Positions 25,716-33,356 of a stretch of DNA of 44,744 nucleotides are shown here, in pieces. The stretch is from the IMG/VR virus record IMGVR_UViG_3300027834_000011, positions 1 through 44,744 of that record. One strand, 5' to 3'. Within the stretch, counting starts at the first letter, position 1. Each line of letters begins with the position of its first letter. Made by a program: the position numbers and the translations under genes. The notes under the pieces were generated by a model. That model was given only the letters and a program-made list of their open reading frames with translations, did not search any database and had not been told where the DNA came from. Origin of the DNA: a virus.

Positions 25716-27815
25716 GTGGACATGGATGAGGAATTTGTAGGCATTTCAACAGTTTATGAGGAAATGTCAAAACAGCTTGGCTTGGTTGAGCAGCACCAAA
25801 AGCGCCTTGAGTCAAGAGGATTTAGTGATGAAGAAATTGTCCAAGGGGGATACAGCTCATTATCAGCTAGAAGAAAGACTGTCATTGCCCAATTAGAAAA
25901 GCAGAAAGCAAATCTTTCTGGTGTCCCGGGCTTCTGGGTGGACAACAAGAAGCCTAAATTGGCAGGGCAAAGTGGTCTTTTAATCCCAGTGCGAAACTTC
26001 TATAATCAAATTGTTGGCATGAAAATCCGCTCAGATAAAGATAATATCGCAGCAAAATATACCCAATTAAGCTCCAACCCAAAGCCAGATAAAGAGGGCA
26101 ACACAAAATACCCGGGTGGCACAGCAGCAAAGACGCACATCCACTATCCTATATTTAAGAAGCCGGATGGACCCATCAAAACAGTGCGAATAACAGAGGG
26201 TGAATTGAAGGCTGACATTGCCAGCTCCGCTTCTGATGTGTACACAATATCAATCCCGGGTGTCAATATGTGGCAATGGGCGCTTGATGCCATTGAGCAG
26301 CTAGGAGCCACAGAGGTTTATCTGGCATTTGACTCAGACAAAGACAAAGAATTTTCATCATCAACCCCTCAAGCCAAGCAGCCATTTGAAGTTGCGCGGG
26401 CGCTTGCCTCCTTATATATGGGAGCAAAAGAGAAGGGCTATGACACCAAGATTGAACACTGGGATGGTGAATATGGAAAGGGCATTGATGATGTTCTTGT
26501 TGGAGGCCACAGCGACAAAATAAGATTTATGACTGATGACGAGTGCAACCAGTTTTGTGCAAAAGCCCTCAAGGGCAAGATGCCACTGGAATGGCTCTAT
26601 ATAATTGGCACCAAGCGCTTCATCAACCCAAGGACATTCCAAGAGCTAGACAAAGAGCAATTTTCTGATAAGTTCGCACCAGACTTCAAAAAGGAAAAGG
26701 CTGCTGATGCTGTGATTAAGCACCCCGGCTTTCCCAAAGTTGACAATCCTATTTATCTGCCCGGTCAACCACCATTGATAGAAAGGGGAGAGCTTAAGCA
26801 CTTCAATTTCTGGACAGATTGTGGAGCCAAGTCTGAAGAGGGTGACATTGATCCATTCACAGCACACGCTGAGTTGATCCTCCCTGATGAGACAGAGCGC
26901 AACATAATGCTCGACTGGATGGCATACAATGTACAACAGCCGGGTAAAAAGATACACTGGGCACTCTTGATCCAAGGGGTCCAAGGAACTGGAAAGAGCT
27001 TCTTTGGTGAAGCCATGCGGTTGGTGCTGGGAAAGAAGAATGTTTCCAATCCATCCAATGAGGCCATTCATGAACCATACACAGGATGGCAGAAGTCTTG
27101 CCAACTGGTTGTTGTTGAAGAGATGATGGCCAGAGGCAGACTAGAATTGATGAATAAGCTCAAGCCTATGATCACACAGGACATTGCTGTCATCAGAGAC
27201 ATGTACAAGCCAGCATACGAGCAACCAAACTGCTTCAACCTATTCCTATTCACCAACTATAAGGATGCAATCATCTTGGATGATGATGACAGGCGCTATG
27301 GGGTGCTATTCTCCAGTGCTGTCCCAAAAGATGCGCAGTATTATGAAGAGCTATTTGGTTGGCTTGAGAAGAATGCTGGCAAGGTGAGAAAGTTCCTAGA
27401 GGATAGAGATATATCCAACTTCAAAGCAAAAGGGCATGCCCCAATGACAGAGGGCAAGAAGGTTCTCATTGGTGAGAGCTTAATGCCTCTGGAACAGTGG
27501 ATCAGAGATGGCATTGAGGACAGCGCTTGGCCTTTCCATGGGGACTTACTCGCAACAAGGCACTTGATGGGGTGCTTGCCACACAGGCTTGGCCGGGTGA
27601 GTGAGACAATTGTTGCCCGGGCATTAGCTAAGATGGGCTGTCAGAAGGTTGGAAGGGTGAAGTTGAACACTGATGGCTATGTTAGATTGTGGTCACTAAG
27701 GCGGCATGAGATGTATGGGAGTGCTGAGAGCACCTTCTTGGCCAATGAATATGAGAAGTGGTCTGCAGAGAAAGAGCCGGGTGGAAATCCCCTTAAGGAT
27801 GCGGAGCCAATTTAG
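25716..27815 (+). CDS. Primase-helicase (Toprim-like N-terminal part plus D5/P4-type SF3 helicase)
   Basis: Acidic Toprim-like motifs RITEGELKADI and LAFDSDKD. Walker A GVQGTGKSFFGE and Walker B LVVVEEM. Start at GTG 25716 or ATG 25722. Confidence 0.8.
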   Translation: MDMDEEFVGISTVYEEMSKQLGLVEQHQKRLESRGFSDEEIVQGGYSSLSARRKTVIAQLEKQKANLSGVPGFWVDNKKPKLAGQSGLLIPVRNFYNQIVGMKIRSDKDNIAAKYTQLSSNPKPDKEGNTKYPGGTAAKTHIHYPIFKKPDGPIKTVRITEGELKADIASSASDVYTISIPGVNMWQWALDAIEQLGATEVYLAFDSDKDKEFSSSTPQAKQPFEVARALASLYMGAKEKGYDTKIEHWDGEYGKGIDDVLVGGHSDKIRFMTDDECNQFCAKALKGKMPLEWLYIIGTKRFINPRTFQELDKEQFSDKFAPDFKKEKAADAVIKHPGFPKVDNPIYLPGQPPLIERGELKHFNFWTDCGAKSEEGDIDPFTAHAELILPDETERNIMLDWMAYNVQQPGKKIHWALLIQGVQGTGKSFFGEAMRLVLGKKNVSNPSNEAIHEPYTGWQKSCQLVVVEEMMARGRLELMNKLKPMITQDIAVIRDMYKPAYEQPNCFNLFLFTNYKDAIILDDDDRRYGVLFSSAVPKDAQYYEELFGWLEKNAGKVRKFLEDRDISNFKAKGHAPMTEGKKVLIGESLMPLEQWIRDGIEDSAWPFHGDLLATRHLMGCLPHRLGRVSETIVARALAKMGCQKVGRVKLNTDGYVRLWSLRRHEMYGSAESTFLANEYEKWSAEKEPGGNPLKDAEPI

Positions 27816-27909
27816 TTCTTGCCTTTCAACAAAGGGCTTCACACTCTCTTAATAGTTACTTGGCATGGTGACTCCTTTATGTTGAAAACACTAAAACTAC
27901 CCACAGAAT

Positions 27910-27945
27910 AACCCGCATGAGTCACATCATGCGGGTTATTTGTTT
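27910..27945. terminator. Bidirectional rho-independent terminator between convergent genes
   Basis: An 11-bp perfect stem AACCCGCATGA (27910-27920) / TCATGCGGGTT (27927-27937) with a 6-nt loop, followed by ATTTGTTT. It lies 7 nt from the stop of the leftward gene. Confidence 0.75.
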
Positions 27946-28297
27946 ACCAATTGACTTCACGCTTGAAGGAGGCTGAAACATCAGGATGTGCATCAACGCT
28001 GCGAGTGGTGCCATATTGTTCCATCTGCCTAACAATGCCTATTAAGTCAGATAAATCTTCCTCTTGGACATTGAACACCTTTACATAATCATGGTTCTTA
28101 TAGCGCCCAACCATGATTATTTGGGATGGTGCTTTCCTGCGCAAATCAATGTGAAGGTCTGTCCTCTCCTTTATATAGCCTTTAGCTTGGGCCATAGAGC
28201 GGCGAACAATATCAATTCGGCCATTTGTCTGTTTGTTGTCTCTGTCATACTCTCTCACAATCTGAAAGAGCTTTTTGATCCACTTAATCACTTTCAT
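27944..28297 (-). CDS. Hypothetical protein (last gene of the early leftward operon)
   Basis: 117-aa ORF followed by the terminator hairpin. Confidence 0.5.
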   Translation of the reverse strand: MKVIKWIKKLFQIVREYDRDNKQTNGRIDIVRRSMAQAKGYIKERTDLHIDLRRKAPSQIIMVGRYKNHDYVKVFNVQEEDLSDLIGIVRQMEQYGTTRSVDAHPDVSASFKREVNW

Positions 28298-28303
28298 TCC
28301 TTT

Positions 28304-28714
28304 CTATTTATTTACCATTCCATCAAGGATAGCAGCAAGCCAACAAAAGACAATGCCCATCACAAACAAGTCCTCAGCCTTTAAATCCTTGATGCGCTTC
28401 ATATCTCTCTTGGCTGCAACAACAATCCTTGTTTTCACTAGCTCCCATTGTCGATTGAGTTGGATAGATTGACGGACAATGTCAGGGAGAATTGCATTTT
28501 GCGCTTTGGCATAGGCCTCCAGAGTGTCCGGGTTGCGCCCAACAAGATAGGAAGTCCAAAGCTTGATTGATCCATCATCCATGTAGAATTCAAGATAATG
28601 GCCACCGCTTGTTATGTCAGTGGCCAGTTGTACATCCACTACATGAACCATGTCAATATCAAGGTCATTGACCCCTTTGAGAAGGAGCCTGTGCTTGTTA
28701 TGATCCTTGCTCAT
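28304..28714 (-). CDS. Hypothetical protein with a C-terminal TM segment
   Basis: 136 aa. C-terminal LFVMGIVFCWLAAILDGMV. Confidence 0.5.
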   Translation of the reverse strand: MSKDHNKHRLLLKGVNDLDIDMVHVVDVQLATDITSGGHYLEFYMDDGSIKLWTSYLVGRNPDTLEAYAKAQNAILPDIVRQSIQLNRQWELVKTRIVVAAKRDMKRIKDLKAEDLFVMGIVFCWLAAILDGMVNK

Positions 28715-28926
28715 GGCGAGAGCATTTCTGGTGTCATCTGGTCTATCGCCCTTTGAGGAATATCAGAGATGTCCACCTTTTCGCCAGATTGCAGACGCTC
28801 CCAGATGATAGTGTCATCAAGAGCCTCAATGAAATCATTTATTTTGTATGGCCCCACTGATGTGCCTCTGAATGTTGTGCTCAGAAAGTTCCGCAGGGAT
28901 TTCAATGTTTCTAGTCTCTTTTCCAA
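28711..28926 (-). CDS. Hypothetical protein
   Basis: TTG start at 28926, 5 nt downstream of a GGAGG. ATGA-type coupling to the next gene. Confidence 0.5.
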   Translation of the reverse strand: MEKRLETLKSLRNFLSTTFRGTSVGPYKINDFIEALDDTIIWERLQSGEKVDISDIPQRAIDQMTPEMLSP

Positions 28927-29080
28927 TTAAGCCTCCTATTGCTTGTTTTATGGTGTCAATCAGCGTTGGCTTTGCATCGCCAACATAGATGTTAATAGTT
29001 AAGTTGACAGGGCTATTGTTGATTGAAGCCCCGCCTCCATTACACACATGGCCAAAAGTTGAATTGCTTTCTCTTTGCAT
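28835..29080 (-). CDS. Hypothetical protein whose 3' end overlaps the next gene by 92 nt
   Basis: ATG 29080 is coupled (TGATG) to the upstream stop. It translates to MQRESNSTFGHVCNGGGASINNSPVNLTINIYVGDAKPTLIDTIKQAIGGLIGKE... Confidence 0.4.
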   Translation of the reverse strand: MQRESNSTFGHVCNGGGASINNSPVNLTINIYVGDAKPTLIDTIKQAIGGLIGKETRNIEIPAELSEHNIQRHISGAIQNK

Positions 29081-29361
29081 CACAACCCAAACCAATGAAA
29101 GTTCTTAGCCAGAGTGACAAAGATGAATGCAATGATGAAGGTGGCAGGGAAGTCAATTTGGCTGTCCGGCTTCCACTTGATAGGATTAGGTTCATCACCG
29201 TTTTGGGTGTATTCCCGGATGTATGCCACCAATAGGGAGGCTGCTAGGCCATCCCAACCATCAGGGAGGATCAAGACCAGTGCCATGGCGATTGTACCGC
29301 CAATGGCGTGTTTAAACTTGTCTTGGTTGCGCTGATAAAAGGCTTTCAATTTACTCAACAT
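29080..29361 (-). CDS. Small membrane protein, hypothetical
   Basis: ATG 29361 lies inside the end of the upstream gene. Two hydrophobic segments (GGTIAMALVLILP; FPATFIIAFIFVTLA). Confidence 0.5.
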   Translation of the reverse strand: MLSKLKAFYQRNQDKFKHAIGGTIAMALVLILPDGWDGLAASLLVAYIREYTQNGDEPNPIKWKPDSQIDFPATFIIAFIFVTLAKNFHWFGL

Positions 29362-30505
29362 TGTCCAAGCCCTCTCCATCAGTGTATTCCACCTCAATGC
29401 AGGCAAGGCGATTATGCCCAAGAGCTGCATCAGCCAAAGCCTTTGTTGGGTGGCGATAGCAAAAAGCCTTATACACATTCAACCAAATGGTTGTTTTCTC
29501 TGGTGGGGTGTTGATCAAGTCTGTTGGCTTCTCACCAACATCCGCTTCCAAGTATTTGCCCTCAGATGTATAGGTGCGGATATCTTCATCACCATCACCA
29601 TACATGACTACTGCCACAATTGGATAATGCCCACCAGCCTTATAAGTTGTGATTATCCTTGCTGCAATTCCCGCTCTGGTTTGAACAGGCTTTGTTGGGT
29701 CAAAGGTTGGAGTTGCCTCTTTAGGTGTCTCTTCAGAAGTTTTAGCCTTAACCTGTACAGCAAATAGATTTGACAGTGCGTCAACTGCTGTGTCCATCGG
29801 GAGAGGGTTCTTTTCATTATTGATGGCTGTTAACACACCTTCCATGGCGCCTTCAATTGACCAGCAATAGTCCCAGTAGCCATGGTTTATCTCAATAAAG
29901 TTGTCACTGTATTTCCCAAGAGGGTCCATTCCTGCATCTGAGTTGGCAATTCTCCACCCACTCTTTGCGCCATCAAACAGCACAATTGCGCCATCTTCTG
30001 CTTTTGCCATAATTGGAAAAGACAAATCTTCAATTGCTGTCTCACTAAGGGGCTTTGGCTTCACAGCCTCCGCACTTACATTTAGATTGATTGTTCCAGT
30101 AGTCATTTTAGTTCCTTTCTTAGTTCCGTTTTTGATTTTAATGTTGTTTATAGTTCGCCTTATGGCTTCGCGTTGCTCTGGGGTAATTGTTGATGGCTTA
30201 TTCAAGTTGTTCAACACCTCTTTTGGTGGAGGGCAAAGGCCATCCCTATTCTTAATTAGATACTCACCAGAGGCAAGGGGTTGCCCCGCCTTTCTAAATG
30301 CTTGTTCCATCTCAATCATGGCATCAGCAAATGCCCGGTCTGTTGCCTTCCATGCCTTGGCCAAGTCATTAGCCTGCATGCGCTTCATTGCCCTTACAGC
30401 AGCAATTTTCATCTCTTCCCGGGCTTTCTTGGTTGCTCTTCTGTGCTTCAATTCCTTGAATATCCACTTGAGCTCAGAGATTGTGTGTTTCCAATATGAT
30501 CTCAC
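29351..30505 (-). CDS. Hypothetical protein
   Basis: 384-aa ORF with GTGA coupling at 30505, a basic helical N-terminal third, then a globular part. No domain recognised. Confidence 0.5.
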   Translation of the reverse strand: MRSYWKHTISELKWIFKELKHRRATKKAREEMKIAAVRAMKRMQANDLAKAWKATDRAFADAMIEMEQAFRKAGQPLASGEYLIKNRDGLCPPPKEVLNNLNKPSTITPEQREAIRRTINNIKIKNGTKKGTKMTTGTINLNVSAEAVKPKPLSETAIEDLSFPIMAKAEDGAIVLFDGAKSGWRIANSDAGMDPLGKYSDNFIEINHGYWDYCWSIEGAMEGVLTAINNEKNPLPMDTAVDALSNLFAVQVKAKTSEETPKEATPTFDPTKPVQTRAGIAARIITTYKAGGHYPIVAVVMYGDGDEDIRTYTSEGKYLEADVGEKPTDLINTPPEKTTIWLNVYKAFCYRHPTKALADAALGHNRLACIEVEYTDGEGLDNVE

Positions 30506-31188
30506 TTTTTAATTCCCTTCTTCCATGCAAGCATAAGGATTTTCTCTGTCAATTCTGGGCTTCCATTCCAATAGAATAGATGCATCAAATCCCAATTGCG
30601 CTCCTTAACATAGCCCATGCAGATTTTGGCATCACAATTTTGCGCAAGGCGGTGGATTGATCTGGATGAAATTCGACTGAGGCCAAGATATAAGCGGTCA
30701 AAGCGCCTCATCAACCTAGCAAGCCTGTCAGCCTCCCAATAGTCATGGCGCTCACGCAGGGCATTGTACTTGTGGAGGGCTTTCCCTAGCTCAAGAGGCA
30801 TGTTGTGAAGGTTCAATACAGCAGAGGCTGTGGTGATTTCCTTCCATGCCATCTTAGGCTCTTCTTCAATCAGATTGATGCCAGCAAAATCACTGTCAGT
30901 CCTTGCCCAAAATCTATAGATGTGATCTATCCCATCAAGACCACCCTCAGATGACACCTCTGACTTGTGAGGGAAGAGAATGACCTGTGGCTCACTGTCA
31001 ATCTTAACAGTGATTTCATGAGGCACTTCTTGGTGGCGCACTGCCAGCTGTTTTGCCATTGGGATAGAGGAAATCTCAATTGACCCACAAGCAGACACAC
31101 TGGCATCTGCACACCTTAAGTCATTAACTGATTGGCCATCTTCATAGGCTATATCAATTGTCACCAGTGATGCTTTAATCATTGTCAT
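30502..31188 (-). CDS. Hypothetical protein
   Basis: 228-aa ORF overlapping both neighbours. Confidence 0.5.
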   Translation of the reverse strand: MTMIKASLVTIDIAYEDGQSVNDLRCADASVSACGSIEISSIPMAKQLAVRHQEVPHEITVKIDSEPQVILFPHKSEVSSEGGLDGIDHIYRFWARTDSDFAGINLIEEEPKMAWKEITTASAVLNLHNMPLELGKALHKYNALRERHDYWEADRLARLMRRFDRLYLGLSRISSRSIHRLAQNCDAKICMGYVKERNWDLMHLFYWNGSPELTEKILMLAWKKGIKK

Positions 31189-31879
31189 GACTTGTCTCCA
31201 ATAGCTCTTTTAAGCCAATCACCGCCATGGTCTGATTATCAACACCAAGGAGCTTCCACAATTCTGTGAGGGCAACAATAGATATCTGGTGACCAATTTC
31301 CAAGTGGGACATAAGCTCTCTAAGGGATGCCAATTGCACTTCAAGCTTCAACACCTCATCAGCTTCCTTTTTCAAGAACCGCGCCGCAATTCTGGCCACT
31401 GATCTTGTCTCAATTCTTGCGCCAAAGACCTCTGCTGATTTGTCAAATTCAGGGATGCAAACATCAGATTTCTCCTTTGTCCACTTGGCTATTTGCTCTT
31501 GCACCCAGCCCTCTCTGTGATTGTCAATCATGTGTTTGATGCTATAGCTATGGCTTCTAGCGTGACTTTCATACCACTCTTTTTTGGCTGCATCCTTGCG
31601 AAGCTTAAGCTCTTCTGCGCTGATTAGCCCAAAATCATCTCGCTCATCATCACTAAGGTCACGAAGCTCTTGCATCTTGTTGAAGTGGTGGTGATCATAG
31701 GTGTTGTGGTTAGCATGCTTTATAACAATGGCTGTCCCATCATCAAAATATATCCCAAGCTTGCCCTCTTCTTGGAGCAATATGTGCTCAACAACTCTCC
31801 CTTTGAAGGCTTCATCAATAGCCTCTTCTTTATAGGGCTTGAAAACAACATCCAATATGTATCTGTGATTGTTTTGCAT
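31175..31879 (-). CDS. Hypothetical protein
   Basis: ATG 31879 is preceded by GAGAGGATAAG. 234 aa with a His-rich patch (HANHNTYDHHHF). Confidence 0.5.
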   Translation of the reverse strand: MQNNHRYILDVVFKPYKEEAIDEAFKGRVVEHILLQEEGKLGIYFDDGTAIVIKHANHNTYDHHHFNKMQELRDLSDDERDDFGLISAEELKLRKDAAKKEWYESHARSHSYSIKHMIDNHREGWVQEQIAKWTKEKSDVCIPEFDKSAEVFGARIETRSVARIAARFLKKEADEVLKLEVQLASLRELMSHLEIGHQISIVALTELWKLLGVDNQTMAVIGLKELLETSHDND

Positions 31880-31883
31880 GATC

Positions 31884-32486
31884 TTATCCTCTCTCATCTT
31901 TTGTTAGCATCTTGCCACCACAGCATGGGCAGGCAGGACGCGCCATGTTGAAACACTCTAGGGTGGTCTTGATATAATAGTCATCAACAGGGCAGCGAAG
32001 GTTGACACTGGCTTTCCATGGCTGCTTCTTCTTAGGGCTTCCCTGCCCACCTGCATTAAGGCTCTTGTGTGGATAAGGGGGCATGCGCTTGAGGATTTTG
32101 GTGAGGATGCTCTTGAACTTCTCTCCCTCAGTGGTTGCTGTCATCTTACCTTCTAAGCCGATTGCTAGAGCTATTTTCTTGAACTCTTTGCCGTGACCAA
32201 AGCCAGAGCCTAGAGTGGCGTGGATCATCTCATGGGCTAGGATGCCCGCAACGCGCATTGGCTCTGCTTGGTTAGGCTTGATGAATATCTCTGGGCGCTT
32301 GGCCTCACTGGCTTCCTTATACCAACACTCACCAATGGCTGCGCCTCTTCCTCCAGAGGAAGTGAAGCCGCAACTGATTGCGATGTCAGCCGGGACATCA
32401 ACATTGGCCTCCTTCTTAAAGAGGGATTTCTTCATGTGGTTGGCTAGACGGTTCAGCCACTCTTCTCTTGTGATTTTCTTAGGCAT
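31884..32486 (-). CDS. SprT-like zinc metalloprotease-domain protein with a C-terminal zinc ribbon
   Basis: HExxH in ILAHEMIHATLG, followed by GHGKEF. C-terminal LRCPVDDYYIKTTLECFNMARPACPCCGGKMLT. Confidence 0.7.
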   Translation of the reverse strand: MPKKITREEWLNRLANHMKKSLFKKEANVDVPADIAISCGFTSSGGRGAAIGECWYKEASEAKRPEIFIKPNQAEPMRVAGILAHEMIHATLGSGFGHGKEFKKIALAIGLEGKMTATTEGEKFKSILTKILKRMPPYPHKSLNAGGQGSPKKKQPWKASVNLRCPVDDYYIKTTLECFNMARPACPCCGGKMLTKDERG

Positions 32487-32721
32487 TCACTTTCTCCCAA
32501 TAAGCCCACTCACTGAGTGCGTCTTTTGCTTCTTCAAAATATGGCATCAGGCACTCAACAACAAAGTCCCACTCAAAGTCCTTTATCCAGCACCCAAGGA
32601 AGTTTTCAAAATCTTCCATAAGGCTGTCAATTGTGGTTGTAGGTTCCCACTGGTAATCCTTAATGATTAGGAGTTCCACCACTTTATTTTCAATTGTGAG
32701 TTCTTGATCAGGGGTTAGCAT
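32479..32721 (-). CDS. Hypothetical acidic Trp-rich protein (first gene of the early leftward operon)
   Basis: ATG 32721 is preceded by AAAGGAATTAAAGAG. The longest ORF starts at TTG 32826. Confidence 0.45.
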   Translation of the reverse strand: MLTPDQELTIENKVVELLIIKDYQWEPTTTIDSLMEDFENFLGCWIKDFEWDFVVECLMPYFEEAKDALSEWAYWEKVNA

Positions 32722-32847
32722 CTCTTTAATTCCTTTATTTGCTTTTGTTAATTTGTTATCGCTTATTATTGACCAGAGGGCAAGAACTTTGTTGGTCAAA
32801 AATGGTGAAAATGCGAGATAGTTCAAATGTTACTTATTTGAGGTGAT

Positions 32848-32939
32848 ATGAGTAATTATATTACAAGATTAAAAGTTATGGATTTTGGAAAATGTGTAAT
32901 AAAGGGTCTGTTTTGGGTTGTAGATGAGTAATTATATTA
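32848..32939. repeat. Two copies of a 16-nt direct repeat ATGAGTAATTATATTA (32848-32863 and 32924-32939)
   Basis: The copies are exactly identical. Each is preceded by a TTGAGG/TTGGGT-like hexamer. The reverse strand of each copy reads TATAAT. Confidence 0.8.
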
Positions 32940-32955
32940 TGTCAAGGGAGAGTGG

Positions 32956-33250
32956 GACCGGGTTCAGACCGGGTTGTCACCGGGTTTGTGTGAAAAAATA
33001 GTTGTGTGATTTCAAGGGCTTCACCGGGTAGACCGGGTAGACCGGGTTTTTTAAGGAAAGTGTATATAGTATGTAAATAGGGGAGGGTAAATATAGGGGG
33101 TAATATAGGGGGAGAGAAAAGGTTTGCCATGAAAACCCGGTCTACCCGGTGAGATTTTGGAAAATGGCTTGCAACTACTTGTTTTTGTTGAGTAAAATAC
33201 AGACCGGGTTTGAGTGGTTAAACCCGGTCTAAGCCGGTCTGAACCCGGTC
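32956..33250. promoter_or_regulatory. Array of 12 copies of a 9-bp motif (G/C)ACCGGGT(T/A): candidate operator/iteron or terminase-recognition sites
   Basis: Forward copies start at 32956, 32967 and 32978 (11-bp phasing), at 33022, 33031 and 33040 (9-bp tandem), and at 33202. Reverse copies start at 33134, 33143, 33221, 33231 (degenerate) and 33242. 33201-33210 and 33221-33230 form a perfect 10-bp inverted repeat. Confidence 0.7.
33102..33130 (-). promoter_or_regulatory. Candidate leftward sigma70-type promoter (early operon)
   Basis: On the minus strand: ATGGCA (33130-33125), a 17-nt spacer, then TATATT (33107-33102). The -35 directly abuts motif copies at 33134-33151. Confidence 0.35.
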
Positions 33251-33290
33251 TTGGGTTTATTGGTGTGAATTGGGGGTGCACACATCTGGC

Positions 33291-33319
33291 TTGACGATTG
33301 ATGCTGCGGCAGATAAAAT
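33291..33319 (+). promoter_or_regulatory. Candidate rightward sigma70-type promoter for the packaging/structural operon
   Basis: TTGACG (33291-33296), a 17-nt spacer, then TAAAAT (33314-33319), about 38 nt upstream of the terS ATG. Confidence 0.5.
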
Positions 33320-33356
33320 CTGAGCACTCACAAAAACTCAAATTGAATGGACAAAA

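Noticed and set aside
29351-30505. Splitting the 384-aa ORF into two genes at the internal AAAGGAACTAAAATG (MTTGTINLNV...)
   Set aside because: No stop codon separates the halves, so the sequence alone cannot justify two genes. An internal start remains possible.
32838-32863. Plus-strand sigma70 promoter reading TTGAGG ... TATATT within the 16-nt repeat
   Set aside because: The spacer between the hexamers is only 13 nt (15 nt to the alternative TATTAC), outside the functional 16-18 nt range. The minus-strand TATAAT lacks a recognisable -35. It is kept only as an unexplained repeat.
32956-33250. Possible CRISPR array
   Set aside because: The units are only 9 bp, occur in both orientations, are partly contiguous with no spacers of uniform length, and no cas genes are present.
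32942-33341. Two minus-strand ORFs in the track (32942-33130 and 33051-33341)
   Set aside because: They lie entirely within the repeat array. Their translations are repeat-driven low complexity (PGLPGLPGE, PRPGSDRLRPGLT), they overlap each other, and they have no RBS. They are artefacts of the ACCGGGT motifs.
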